From: Vicugna vicugna
Taxonomy: Eukaryota
Assembly (NCBI GenBank): GCA_013265495.1
Contig: MU058824.1
Location: forward strand, 5,847,245-5,911,244
Direction: 5' to 3'
Length of the DNA stretch: 64,000 bases
Both the position numbers and the translations under genes were made by a program. Shown here one piece after another: positions 35,911 through 49,120 of this stretch (positions are counted from its first letter, which is position 1; the number at the start of each line of letters is the position of its first letter). The notes under the pieces were generated by a model, which searched no databases, was not told the DNA's origin, and saw only the letters and a list, made by a program, of their open reading frames with translations.

Positions 35911-37644
35911 TGTTGATGATACTCATTTTACAGAAGAAACAGAGGCATTAGGAGGTGCAGAGCACACGGGAGAGGCCTTGCTTCCAATTCTTCGGCTCCC
36001 ATTGTGTTTGCTGAGCTATAGGGTCCTTTAGATGAAGTTGCTGGCCCCTTTCTCTCTTCATTTCTTAACTCAGGCTATGACTGTTTTCTTTGGCTCTCCA
36101 GACCTTATTTGGAGCTGGAGACTCAGAGCCAAAAGTCGACATTTTCATGACAGTCCCGCTGGAGCTCCACCAGAGTTCAGAGCAAGGTTAAATTTGCTCT
36201 GACTGGGCTGCTGACAATCACTTTTGGGTGCCCAAACTCTCAGACTTAAAGATGGAAATATAATATCTCCCCAAGGAAGCACTTTTATTGAGTCCATGAA
36301 TAAGAGACTATGCCGTTTGTTGCGTCTAATTTCAGCTCTGCTCCCTCCATGTGGCATGCCTGCAAGGCAGCGGTGCTCATGGCTGGGTGATATCAGAAAC
36401 GTGGCAGGAGTCAGAAAAAAATTGGAACTTGTGTAAAAGTAGAGAGCTATTTAAAGCAGCATAAATGACTACACTGAGCCTGTGCTTCTTTTGATATTAT
36501 CTAGGACTTTAGAATTATGAGATTATTTGTTTAAGAAAGAAACGTAGTTTAGAGTTTCTTTTCTCTCTTCTCTTTCTCTATTTCCACTAAAAATACACTT
36601 ATTTACAAGAAGATAGTTGGCACAGAAAGATCAGGAAGGTATACATCTGCTTGGTTTTCAAGTTTCATTGCATAGAAACAACACAGATAGTAAAGCAGGT
36701 GATGTTGCCTAACAAGGTGATGGAATTGAAGGTATTTCCCGAGGATTGTTTTAATAAAATCCTGGAACATTATTCTTTTCGTTGCTGGAGGAAATTCTCT
36801 CCCCTATGAGGAACAACAATTATTGGCCCTGAATGTTTAATAGAGTCTGTGGAGATTCTACTTCCAAGGAGCCCCAGGAAAGAGCACCTTTTCAAAAAGT
36901 GCAGCCGAAGCAAAGATGCAATGATTCAATACTAAATTAAAAATAGAGTCGTCCTGAATGTTCTATGCATATAAACTTAGATATAAGAAAGGTTAGTGCT
37001 TTATTATCCTAATATTTAACTCAGGGATTTTAATCCCAATCCATGGTACAGACCAATTTGAATAAGTAGGACATAGCAAAGGGATAAAGGAAAGTTAGAT
37101 TTATTCACTAATATTTAAAAATGTAACCTCCTATCACACATACGGTGTGATGTCTGATTCTTGTATTTCCAAACACTTAAGATTATTTACCTTGTCTTTC
37201 CTCTTAGATCATTTACCAGCTGAATATAACCACAGGAGAGAGCTTCCGTTTCTGCATGGAACAAATCTTTTAAAAAAATAAATAAAGGGAGGGCATACAT
37301 TTTCACAGCACCATAACAGGTACTTGGGGGTTCATACATCTTGCCTAGTTCAGAACCTCTGTTTGAGTGGTGGTCTTTTTTCCACAATAATTTCTAATCA
37401 ATGTACACTTTACTGGAACAGAAAAAAATTTACATTGACTGGACAACCACAAAAAGAATTATATGGTGTTTTTGCTACCTGTGAGTAAATAAATATGCTT
37501 TTGGCATTCCTGGATATCTGATCCGTTAAGTGAACCAAAACAACCATTCATCCTGATTATTTTACGGTTTAAATAAATTCTAGAAACCTATTACAGCACT
37601 CAAGGGTGAGTACTTCTGTGGTTTAAGCTGCAGGAAATATTTCT

Positions 37645-37778
37645 GTGTAGTATAAAGTGCAGCAAATGAGACACCAGGAGATGAGGGTTCCTCTCCTGAT
37701 CTACTACTTATAAGTGATGTGACCCTAGGCAAGTCACTCTGCCTTTTTCAACTATAGTTTTCTTATTTCAAAGAGAGA
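37645..37778 (+). mobile_element. MIR SINE
   Basis: GTGATGTGACCCTAGGCAAGTCACT...AGTTTTCTTATTT. Confidence 0.7.
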
Positions 37779-37779
37779 A

Positions 37780-37885
37780 ATTTCATTCATTTATTCAACA
37801 AAGATGTATTGAGCTCCCATTGCATCAAGCACAGTCATGTTCTGGGGACACTTCAGTGAACAGAAAAAGCATGGACCCTGCTCTA
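37780..37885 (-). mobile_element. L2 3' end
   Basis: TTCATTCATTTATTCAACAAAGATGTATTGAGCTCC...CAGTGAACAGAA...CCCTGCTCT. Confidence 0.8.
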
Positions 37886-38534
37886 GGCTGGTCTAAATTC
37901 TAGACTCTAGAACCTTCCGTGTAGTTAATCTGTGAAGTTTTTCCCATAACTGAGTGGGATTCAGTGTTTCATTATTTCCAGAGCTTGTTAGGAGGTGAGA
38001 ACTTGAAGTGGTAGCAATTAAGGTAGAGAGGGTGTGGGTTTCTTTAGTAGCTTTATGTTTGTGTCTCTTTTATCTTGCTTTTACAATTAACAACACAGGA
38101 ATGTCTATGCACAGGTATGGAGTGGAAAACCAAAAGGCGGTGAGTATCTTTTCCTTTTTGTACCTCAGATGACCCATTTCCACCCAGTTCCTTTCTACAT
38201 CCTGACCCACCAGCACAAGGCTCAAAATGCCATTGAGACATGGCTATTCTTAAGCCTGGCCTCTTCTAAACTAAACTGGACAAGGATTGCTTCCAGCACT
38301 TGTAAAAGACGGGGTAACTATTTCAAGAGGAGACAAAGAAGGAGACTTAGAAAAAGTTTTCAATATCATAAGAAGTCTTCTTTCACTCAGACTGCCTTAT
38401 TTCTCCTTCATACCAGTCAGCATAATAAACTTGGTTTTGTGGCTAAAAAAAAAAAAAAGGAAAAAAAAGAAAAAACAAATAGAAATAATTTTGGCAGCTC
38501 AAACTGGTATTAGCAAGCTTTGGGAGGTCAGAGA

Positions 38535-38795
38535 TCCCATTCAATTCAATAATTATTCTTTGCCTATTTGTATGTCAGGCACTGTGCTCAGGGTTCAGAT
38601 GCAAAGAAGAAAGTGACCAAGTCCCTCCCTTCATAAATTTTCTGACGGGTGGTGGAAAGACTTGGGAGAAATCAGAATACAATCTAACATTTGAAAGTAG
38701 AAAAATTTGAAAGGTGCTATGGTAAAGGAAAAAACAAAGTAATTTATCCTAAGAGTCAGAGAATGTATGGCAGTTCAGTTTACTTTTGAACCGGA
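38535..38795 (-). mobile_element. L2 3' fragment
   Basis: CATTCAATTCAATAATT...TGCCTATTTGTATGTCAGGCACTGTGCT. Confidence 0.65.
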
Positions 38796-38799
38796 TGCC

Positions 38800-39205
38800 T
38801 GTGTCATGTCCCCAATGGCTAATGGGAATGCAGCATCAGTCCACAGCCTGGACTTGACCGGTCACCCCTGAGGCAAAATCCCAGTGAGAACCAGAGATTA
38901 GTGTGAGTTCCAAACTCCTTTGTCCATTGTCACCACCTCACATAAACCCCTCTGAACACCATACCCAGATACCACCTTAGGAAGTACAGGAAGGGGAGCA
39001 GAAATCTGTAAGACTGAATTTACTCCAAAGAGACTGAGGAAAATAAAAGATACTATTTTAACCAGAAGAGGAACTGAAATACATTAACTGTCAAGTTAAA
39101 GTACTCCAGCACTTCTGCTACTAGGTGAGGTGAGAGTTTATGAGGAAGAAAGAATCAATCATAGAAAATAAAGAAGCCAAATGTTTTCTATATATCTGAA
39201 TCAAT
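38800..39205 (+). mobile_element. Possible ancient LTR (MamGypLTR/LTR85-like)
   Basis: The 3' portion AAGAGACTG...GAAAATAAAGAAGCCAAATGTTTTCTATATATCTGA resembles mammalian Gypsy-like LTR tails. Weak. Confidence 0.3.
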
Positions 39206-39224
39206 TTTATTACATTTTAAAACC

Positions 39225-40035
39225 TGTTATATCTCCTACCACATCTCAAAGTAACCTAAAATTCAGCATGTCCAAAACAGAAATCATGAAAATTTCCTAT
39301 CCACAAACCTGGGAATTTTACATTATTTTCTATACCAGTGGCACTACCATCCACTCAAATCTAAAATCCAACACCTACACGTCACTTTGCCTTTTATATT
39401 AAACCCATTCGCTAATGACACTGAGTTTATTTACTAAATATACCTTGAGTTTTTCCATTTTCTCTCTGTCTCTAATATCACTATATTCTCTCTCTTTTTC
39501 TCTCTGGCATTTCTCTCTCTCTCTTTTCCGTTCTCCAGCCAGAGATAGCACTGAAAATGTAAATGTGATCAGATCACCAACCACCACCATGTAACCCCAT
39601 ACCATTTGTTTTAGAATAAAGTTTAAATCTGTAATGGGGTTTAGAAAGCCTTTCATGGTTGGTCTCCTGGCTCTTTTTCCCCTACCACCTACTTCCTCTG
39701 TGTACTCACACTTCCTTCACTCTCCCCTCTGGGTTCCACTCTCTCACACTAAACTTTGTGTGTCACTGTGGAATTTCTTCCCACTCTACTCCTTTTCCCC
39801 TCATTAATTCTTATCCTTCCTCGAGATGCTGGCTTCTTCAAAGATGCCTCTGGATCACTATGCCAGGTCAGCTCCCCTGCTATATGCACTCATACTGTGA
39901 ACATTGTGAAACTTCTTTTCCAGCTTTTGTTTCAATATGTAATTATACCTCTCCCACCCCACGGGATTGGTGGAGCCATGTCTGGCTTTGCATCTCAGAT
40001 CCAGGGCTGGCACTCAATAAATAGAGAATTAATAA
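39225..40035 (+). mobile_element. L2 3' region
   Basis: CCTAAAATTCAGCATGTCCAAAACAGAAATCAT...TGGCACTACCATCCACTCA...TTAGAATAAAGTTTAAATC...GGCACTCAATAAATA. Confidence 0.75.
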
Positions 40036-43000
40036 ACAGAACTATTCTCTCTCTAGTGGATGGATTTTTCCTGAGGTTTTCTCCTCAACCTTTATGGTAC
40101 GAAACTGATTTTGGAAAATCCAGCTGCATGTTTTCTCCCTCTTCAATTTACTTGTGAAGGTAAATAGGGACCACAACAGAAACAGGAAAATAGTCAACAG
40201 GCTATTGTCTATTTCCATAGATTCTAGAGGATAACTTTTAAAAAATCTACCTTTTCCTCGTTAATAACTAGATGATAAAAGGTACAAGTTTGAAAGGAAT
40301 TTATGTCTGCCTACAAAATTGTCAAGGAGGCTGACTGAGGCTGAAATTATAGCAGAAGAGTTTCAAATCTAACTCCCCCGCAGTGAGAGAACATTCCCTC
40401 CTTCTTGCAACCTTATTTTAATTGCTTCCTCCTAAAGTTTCAGTAATTTTTTCTTGTATTACCCAGCTCTTGTACTAAATGCTGAAAAGAATATAATACT
40501 TCTTCCAACCTTGGTGAGTAATGTTCAGGCAATTATCTCCAGTTCTAAGTATTAAGTTTTAGCTTGGCACAGAAGAATTGCATGGTTGGGTAATTCTTGT
40601 ATAACCAACAATAAGAACTTTTATTTCTGTTTTGACCAGACCCTGATTTATATTTGTATAAATGAGTTACATCCCCAGCTTTTAAGCTGTATAGTCCTGC
40701 AGGCATATAATCACTGGAAGCTTGAGTCCTGGTCTCATCCACAAAGGGCCTAAGTTCAAGTGGTGGGAAGCAATAACAGCGTTATTCCAACCACACACCT
40801 CTCTTTATTATTTCTATATGAAAATATGTTCCAAGCTCCAGCAATGGATACCAAGATGGGAGGAGTCTTGCACTTCTCATTGAGGTTAACTGTTCCAGCC
40901 ATAAAGATAACAGGAGATAAGCAAGGAAGCCATACCTGGCTTTAGTTTCTGCAACTACTTTAAGTCTTTGCAACTCCCCAACTCCAGGGAACCGCATCCA
41001 CATTGCCAGGTGCTCCGGATTAAGACCACGTAAAAAGAAGCACAGACAGAAGTCACAGGCCAAACTTGCCCCAAGGTCTAAGGCTCCTGCTTGAATGCTT
41101 ATGTGTAGAAAATTCTGTGCCCTGAATTCAGAGACAGGAAAGCCCATGTACAAGCCAAAGGATTCTCTTGAAAGGTGGACTTCTTAAAATTAATTTCATA
41201 ATTTCCAGGGCCAAGTGATGTGCAATATCCAGAGAACGCTAGTGGTAACATCTTGTTAAGGCCACTGACATTCATTCCCTCATAATGAGCTCATCTTCCC
41301 TCACTCTTTTCGGACAGTAAAGTGGAAATATCAAAGTATCTTGCTATACTCCCCAAAAGTTTTGTAATTATGACTAAGCTTAAGTTAGCTTGCTTTAACA
41401 AAGCCATGGCTAAAAGATGACACACAAAGACTAAGAATCACTTACATGGGCAGCTTCATAGAAGAAAGACTTCAAAGTTATGCTAATTAGAGGTATTACA
41501 GCCTCAAGATAAAAGCCTTCTAATGAGCTAATTTTATAGATATAGAGCACTTCGATGTTGAATCAGTCCACACTCAGGCTGCCTACTTGGAGCTACATAT
41601 ATTTGTTTCAACATCAGCACCTCTTTTATACGAAAGAATTTGTCCTGACTACCAGCCAAAGCTACTTTACCAGAAAAAAAGGTGAAAAATGAAAAAAAAA
41701 TGCAAGAGAAAGGATTTAGTAAATCTAGACATAGTATTTCCTTTCAGGAAACAGAAAAAGTTAGAGCAAACAGCCCAGCGAAAGAAAAGCATAGTTGGTA
41801 ATTGTCATTCACTCTTTCTCTCGTTCAAGTATTTATTGACATACAGTTATGTTTTCCCAGTTAGCTGTATGAGCTGCTTGCCCTTCAAGAAGCATAACAG
41901 TTTCAAGATACCAAGGTGAAAGTAGATATGGTCCCAGGACATACAGAGAAGAGCCTGAGAAGAGGCAAGTAGAACAGAGGGATACCTAGGTGGTGTGAGC
42001 TGGAAGATGTAGGGCTGAGTGGGGAAACTGCTGAAGGAGATGAAATCTACCTGCAACTCCACCCCTGCCTCATACAGCCTGAGGAAGAGCTCACCAAATG
42101 GACGTGTGCACACGGAAAAGTCTCTCCAATCACAACCAAGAAATATTGGAAGACAGCTAGAAAGGGAACAAGAACTAGAGAAATGTGAGACAAGACTGAC
42201 ATCGTTAAAGAAAACCTGTCTCCAGATGGTATCAAGAAAATTTTAAATATCATAAGGAAAAAAAAAAACCCTGCTCTGCAATATGCATCTAAGACCACAT
42301 GTTGAATTGGATGAAAATAGAAACTTGTGTCCTTTTTGAACAGTAATTCTTTTAAGCTTGGGCCAGGTCTATGGCAGAGAATTGAGTGTGGGAGAATCCA
42401 GGGACCCTAGAGTGGAATCTGGACAAGAGGCAATTCCTCTGAAATGCAGTTATAAGATCATTCTGGGTTTAATTGTCAACTCTTAACTTCTTTGAGGAAT
42501 TCTGACACTATAAATTTCTAAGGATGAAAAAACAGCCCTGTTGAAAAGGTAGCATATGGGGAAGGAATTTTGATTATGCTTTCTTCAAATATGAAAGCCC
42601 TTCTTCAGCTGCAACATTCTGGACTCTTGAAAATTTAGTTGATTCTTATAATGTCATGAAAAAGGAAACAGCAACAGATTGAAGCAAGACAAGTTTTAGA
42701 CTTATTTGGGGACTTAAAGATCAAGGTATTCTAAAAAGAAGTTTGGACCAATTCCAAAAATGCAAGAGAGAGGGAAACAAAGAAAATGATTTTTAAAATA
42801 TATTTAGGATCTATATATCTATACACGTGCTCTCATCTGTATTTTTTGTTTTGGGGGGTAGGTTTATGAAGTCTTAACTGGTTCTGATTTTTGCTCTGAG
42901 GTTATAAAGATAGTTTTAACTGTTCTCACTCTGGGGGGAGTTGGCATGGATAGGGAGGAATAGGGACAGGAGCATGATAGGAAGTGTAGGTAAAGTATAA

Positions 43001-43134
43001 GAGAAGAACCACAACAGTTCATAACCTGCTTTGGGTTCAACCTACATCTCAAGTTAAAAAGTTAAAGCTTACATCAAAGAGAAAAGATTTACTAAAGGCA
43101 CAAAATCTTTCACTGAAAGAAAAATGCACATGAG

Positions 43135-43720
43135 ATTCATTTGCTATCTATACTCTCCCACATTTGAGCCCATATATAGAGTAAAGCACTGTGGGAATAG
43201 GATGCAATCATTAATTTTCTTACATGGTATCTGCTCTCAGGGAAGTTGTATTCTGGTATGCAGACAGCCATGAAAGAGACAAATTCAATATAGTATGATG
43301 GTAGTGGTGGTGATGATGATGATGATAAGGGTAAGCACTGTGTACAAGATACCACAGGGCATAGGAGTGGAAACCTCTACATCACCTGGGAAAGGAAGGG
43401 AAAACTTCACAAAGCAGGTGTCATTTGAATTGCATTTAGAAACAAGGGTCCATGTTTTCCACTTAACCAAGGTGAAGAGAGAGTCATTTCAGGCAGAATG
43501 TACAGCACAAGAATATATAGGGAGGCCTATGAAGTTTAGAGTATTCAGAGAATTATAAATTGTTAGATACAAGAGGTTGAGGAAAGTCAATGACAAGAGA
43601 TTCAGGAGAACAGATGGATGAAGCCCAGATTACTAAAATGTTACGGAGTTAAGTTTAATCCTATAGATGATAAGAAGATATGAAAAGTTCTTAGGAGGAA
43701 ATGACATGTCCAAACTTTCA
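43135..43720 (-). mobile_element. L2 3' region
   Basis: CTGCTCTCAGGGAAGTTGTATTCTGG...AGGGAAAACTTCACAAAGCAGGTGTCATTTGAATTG...CATTTCAGGCAGA. Confidence 0.75.
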
Positions 43721-46609
43721 GCAATGGAACACATTTTAGCAATGAGTCTGTCAGAGCCAATAGATCTCCCATCATATTGATTAGTTAGGATAAGATTTCT
43801 CAGTAGCCTTTGAAAGTGCCCTTAATACAAAAATGTCAACGCTTTTCTCAGAAGTTTCTGAATATAACTATGTAACTTCCTGACCTCTAATCCTGGCCCT
43901 CTAGAAAATTCTAGCCCTGATCTCTTGAGATAAGTAAATGTAAATAGACATTGATCTCCAGAGGAACAGAAAATTAACCACTCAAAAAACATATATATTT
44001 TTTTATTCTTACCTGATGGTACAGAGAGGCCATTCATGGGATCTTTTATTTTTCTGACTCCATTATTGGGAGCACTCATAGGAAATCTAGTTCTAGGTCT
44101 CATTTAATGAAGAAGAAGGAGGGAACCCACTGTAATAGTTGTTGAGAACAACTAAGCTTTGTAAAAATCATCCTACTGGCAAGTCCCTAGAATTTGTTAT
44201 TTGTTATATGAAGTTTCCACAATTGGGCAAGGAGGTTAAATTAAGGTTAAATTAAGGTTGTCAGCTATTCTTAAATGATATTTTCAGGTCAATGAAATTC
44301 CCAGGCCCAAGAATAGTACTCATGAAACTGTAAGAAGTACCACATTACCACCCTGTGGTTCTCAACCTTAAGTTATGTCATAGGGCTATAACTGCCCTGC
44401 TCATGACTTCTAAGAGTGGGAAGCAAAGTGATTTGAGGATTACAAAAGAAAGCCACTTTACCCATGAGAGGAGGAAATCAAGTGTGACAGCCAGATATAA
44501 GTATTCTTAGAAACAGGCTCACATGATTTGTGGAGAAGTTATGAAGAGCTGTTAGTGGAGTCTAGTGTTGTTCAATCTCTCTGGATGAAGTGTAAAAACT
44601 TCCTCACCTCTAGGATGAGTGGAAGTCTTCCTACATTATATCTGAGTTAATTTGGGAACTGTGCATCTTCTTCCAGAGAGACAGAAGGTTGCCTTTGTCT
44701 TTACAGTTTTAATGGTTCTTGAGCTTTGGAGTTGAGTCCAAAAGTAGCAAAGTGAAAAAAATCATCAGTGCATGGATCAGAAAACCAATTTCAGACCTAG
44801 TTATGCCACCTACAAGTGGTCTTGTGGGGCCACTGGGTCTCAATTGAACCTCAGAATTCTGATTTTTAAAATTGGAACATTACTCACCACTCCTGTTAGA
44901 CTGTTTCTGCTAAATGATGCTGTGTGGATCCAGAAATAATGCATAAGCACTAAGCTAATATTTTAATAGAGCTATATAAATATAAGCACCAGTACTAGTG
45001 ATGGCCAAAGAGAAGCCTGTTAAGATGATATCTGTTTAGGAGAGGAAATGAGGTTGTGAAGTTGATATTAATGATCTTTGAGGGCCTTGCTGAATGGTTC
45101 AAGTGATGAGAAAGTAAGAGGTTTGAATTTTCCTCTTAAGAACAGAAATTTTTGCAGGACAGAGTTGTCAGGTTTTCCAACTTAATGAACCTGCAACTTT
45201 GATGTGGTAATAGAAGCTAACTGTATAGACTGGCCTTGAATTTTAATGATTCATAAAAGAAGTGCTTTAAAGATGCTGTAGCTAAGAGGCTAATGTCTGA
45301 AGTCTTGCATCAGATTGCGTACTGCTTCCCTTTTCTTGGTGATCAGCACCTGGCTGGCCTAGGCAACAGAAATCATAATTGTCCCTTCATGTTTACAGCT
45401 AGAACATCAGCATGATAAGATCAGACTGGATTAGAAGGTACATGTAAATTAGTTGGGAAGAGAAACCACACAATTTGAGACTCATTAAATTTACCATATA
45501 CAAATCAGAACATGCTATCTCCTTGCCAACATAAGCTCCCTCCTCTTACTTTTCTTCTAGCTACATAAATGTGCAATTATTTGACCTTTTAATCTCTTTC
45601 CCTCACTCTACCACCTCAACAGTTGTCAAGACCAAGATATTTTTTCTGCAGATCCTTTTTGTACTCTTCTCCAAAAAGAGAAAGGACCCAAAGGACTCAC
45701 ACTGTCCTTAGTGATCTAGATTGGAGCTCAGACATAGACAGTATCTGGAAGTCTAGCTTCTGTTGGACTACGAAAAATTCAATATACTAGTGAACTGAGC
45801 TTGGAGACTACTTCCAAATTTTTGTTTCCATTGTGAACCCCTTCTGGTCATCCTGGCCATCACTGCTTGCAATAACCTTTTCAGCACCCTCCTTCCTCTT
45901 CTGCCTCACAAGAATATACTCTTCTGTCTGTGTCAACTCTCTGCTTGCCTTAAAGAGCTTAGACCCTCTATCAACAGATAAGTTCTTCCATTCTTACCTA
46001 CTGAGTTTCCCCCCAGGAACTGTGGCAGGTTTGACCACAGAAGTGGTTCTGTCCATAACTTCAGCTATTTATTCTTGCTTCAAGGGTCTGGGAGAAAGCT
46101 AGCTGGATGTTCTCCACTTTCACTTTGTAGTGCTTGGTCTTACTCTATTTTCCTGGCTTTCTTCTCCTTTCCTTCCCAGGGCCCATCACCAAATACTATG
46201 TCTGGTTTTCTCTGCATAAGAATAAGGGTGGGGAAAGGGTGATAATATTACAAATAACTCAACAATATAACTGTTTAAAGTGTTTTTCCAGAATTTAAAG
46301 GACATGTGGTTACCAACTGCAAAAACAATTAAAACCAAATGTAAATTGCTGGATCCAAACTCTATTACTATAATCAGGATAACTTGGTCTTTGCTTAAGT
46401 TCTTTCTGTCCTGGGGAAGTACTTGGAAATTCAATATCCTCCCCTGGGCAGTTGTCCACACTGCTCCTTTGGACCCTGTAGGCAGAGAATCTATTTCCAA
46501 GCTCTGCCCTGTGGCCACCTTAGCCTAAGATACCAGTGTTACACTCACTGTGTATAACAGGGCACTTCCTCTCAAGCTCCCACACATAAGAGGCCATTCT
46601 CTAAAGAAA

Positions 46610-46830
46610 GGTTTGGAGACCCAATCTTGTTGCAATCAAAAACAAGCTGTAGGCTTGGGTCACAGTACAAAAGATAGTTCTCTAGCTTACCCACTGTCAT
46701 CTTCACACCTATAAATTAAACAAAACCATACCCACCTTACAGTGTTATTATAAGGGTTTAATGAGAAAATATATTAAAAAGCCTTAATGCAGGGTGTGGA
46801 ACATGGTAATGTCTCAATAAGTAATATGAG
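46610..46830 (+). mobile_element. MIR SINE
   Basis: CCCACCTTACAGTGTTATTATAAGGGTTTAATGAGAAAATATATTAAAAAGCCTT...TGGAACATGGTAATGTCTCAATAA. Confidence 0.7.
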
Positions 46831-46857
46831 TCATTGACACGGTCATCAAGGGAGACA

Positions 46858-47165
46858 GTAGACAGCAGTGTTTATGAGCACAGACCCTGGAGCCAGGCAC
46901 CCAAGACTGGAATCTGTGACCTTGGGCAAGTTATTTAACCAGTCTGTGCCTCTTCCCTGATCTGAAAAACAGGCATGATGATGATGATTATGATGGTGAT
47001 GATGATAGTGATGATGATGACAGTGATGTTGATGATGATAAAACTTATCTCATCAGTTTGTTATGGGTATTAAGAGAGTGAATATATGGAGAGTGCTTAA
47101 AAGAGTGCCCGACACATACATATTAAGTGATGCATATGTGTTAGATTCTATTGCTATTATTGTTG
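46858..47165 (+). mobile_element. MIR SINE with internal (ATG)n expansion
   Basis: GTGTTTATGAGCACAGACCCTGGAGCCAG...CTGTGACCTTGGGCAAGTTATTTAACC...AGTGCTTAAAAGAGTGCCCGACACATA. Confidence 0.85.
46975..47040. repeat. Imperfect (ATG/GAT)n trinucleotide repeat
   Basis: About 22 triplets. Confidence 0.9.
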
Positions 47166-47281
47166 TTGCTGTTATCTCAAAAGATGGTAAAGGGCTCAGC
47201 TACAGCTCACCAAGGATGCAAGCACATGTTCTGCTCTAAATCAGATCCTCTCCACCCTGGACTCCTAACCCTCTTCACAAT

Positions 47282-47326
47282 ACCACCACCACCACCACTA
47301 CCACCACCATCACCATCATCATCACC
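47282..47326. repeat. (ACC)n/(ATC)n trinucleotide repeat
   Basis: ACCACCACCACCACCACTACCACCACCATCACCATCATCATCACC. Confidence 0.9.
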
Positions 47327-48844
47327 GCAGAATAATTCAGAAAGCCTCAAACCACCTCTATTTCCACTCCTAAGAAGCAGAATACTCAAGGTCTAGAGTA
47401 GATATTCTCTACCCATATCTGTCCCCACCCCAACATTAAACACAGGGCACTCCTTGGACACTGAAGTGGGAAATCACATAGACTTAACTGAACACTTACT
47501 CCTCTGGCAGGGCTCCCAATGCTCAAAGAGGGACTCTTCTTATCCACTAACTTGTTTCTGTTTTATCCCAGCCAGGTGACTGAAGCTCCAGTTCTTGCCC
47601 CCAATTCAACTGTTTCTTTTCTACCTAAAGACAAGGAAGATAAGGAATGTGATTCAAACTCCTCATAAATGTACTGATGTCAAGTTTAGTATATTTCCTA
47701 TTTTTGACAGGTAGTGTAATAATTTTAAAGAAATACTTTGGCAGGTCACTGAAATTTCCAGTGGCCACAGTGCTCCCAGAATGGATTCTAACTGCATCAC
47801 TAACTTTCCTTTCACCTAATTCCTGTTTAAAGCTTTGGTGATGCACAGACAGAGCTTCTTGAACATGTAGTATATATTAAAAGCAAGAAAACTTCATCAA
47901 CAGATCATTAAACTTAAATATCTAAATGTTAAAGGGTTGGAAATTCAACCTAATTAAAATGGCTGAATGCAGAGTCACAATTAAACAGTGAGAGAATTAC
48001 GGAAAAGTAAATATTTACACACACATTGTACACTTATTAGGGTTTACAAAGAAATGCTTCTCATTTGCACAGCTTTCCTTTGTAATGATATTCTTATGAG
48101 GCAATAGATGTGGTTATAGTTAATAATAGATGTTAAATAGCATAATTCAACCAGAAACCTCACTAATTACTGCAGAAGCACAAGACAAATGCACAGCATA
48201 ATATGGGAGGTATTTCTTATCTGTTAGTTTATAAACTGAAGAAAAAGAAAGGTCACTTGTAGAAACAGAAGGGCTTACAGTAAAGCCTTAGATATTTAAA
48301 TAAAAAATTTAAACACTTTAAAATTACAACAAACTTCCCATTCTAGAGAGTTCATGCTTCATTCAGAGAAAACAAATTGGCCTAAAGGAGTTTGAGTTAA
48401 CTTGGCCACTCTAGTGGTAATCATCTTCTAAATTAATTTAGGGAGAATGTTCCATATTTTAAACTGCATTACATGCTGTCTTTAGAATGATGCTTACCAT
48501 CAAATATTTCATTTTCCTTCAGTCTAATCCTTCTCTCTTTACAAGGGCTCTGGGACAAGTAAGGGGGAGGGAGAGCAGAGCATAATGTCACCTAAAGTAA
48601 TTTTCTTTTACATAGACTATATGGAGAAGAGGTGGGAAATAGAAATGATTAAAATAAATTTTCATAATAAATTTGGGAAGGCTGAATGGAAAAATTAAAA
48701 CCAAGACACATCTTTTGTTTTCCTCACAAAAGCTTAAAATCTGGATAATATTTGTAAAACTCCCTACCCTCTTAATACAGTTGATTTTCATTGTACTCCA
48801 TAATGTCATCCAGTTGTTTCCCCCACTTCCACTGTTGCCTTTTA

Positions 48845-48983
48845 AAAATTTTTAATTTTAATTTTTTAGGGGGAGGTAATTATGTTTACTCATTTATTTA
48901 TTTTAATGGAGGTACTGGGGATTGAACCCAGGACCTTGTGCATGCTAAGCACACACTCTACCACTGAGCTATACTCTCTCCCC
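48845..48983 (-). mobile_element. Vic-1-type camelid tRNA-derived SINE
   Basis: The minus strand reads GGGGAGAGAGTATAGCTCAGTGGTAGAG (A box)...GTCCTGGGTTCAATCCCCAGTACCTCC (B box), then ATTACCTCCCCC and an A-rich tail. Flanked by A(C)TGTTGYCTTTT duplicates. Confidence 0.85.
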
Positions 48984-48991
48984 ATGTTGTC

Positions 48992-49120
48992 TTTTTAAAG
49001 TATAGTCAATTTACAATATTATATTATTTTCAGGTGTACAGCTCAGTGATTCAGTATTTTTACAGATTATACTCCTTTAAAAGTTATTACAAGATAATGG
49101 CTACAATTCCCTGTGCTATG
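48992..49120 (-). mobile_element. 5'-truncated cetartiodactyl-type L1 3' end
   Basis: AAGTATAGTCAATTTACAATATT...TCAGGTGTACAGCTCAGTGATTCAGT...GTTATTACAAGATAATGGCTACAATTCCCTGTGCTAT. TSD-like CACTTCCA(C)TGTTGYCTT at 48824 and 49132. Confidence 0.85.

Noticed and set aside
47151..47396. Poly-Pro / poly-Gly ORFs
   Set aside because: Produced by the (ACC)n microsatellite.
48905..48983. tRNA gene on the minus strand (A and B boxes present)
   Set aside because: It continues into a SINE body and A-rich tail with target-site duplications, so it is a tRNA-derived SINE head.
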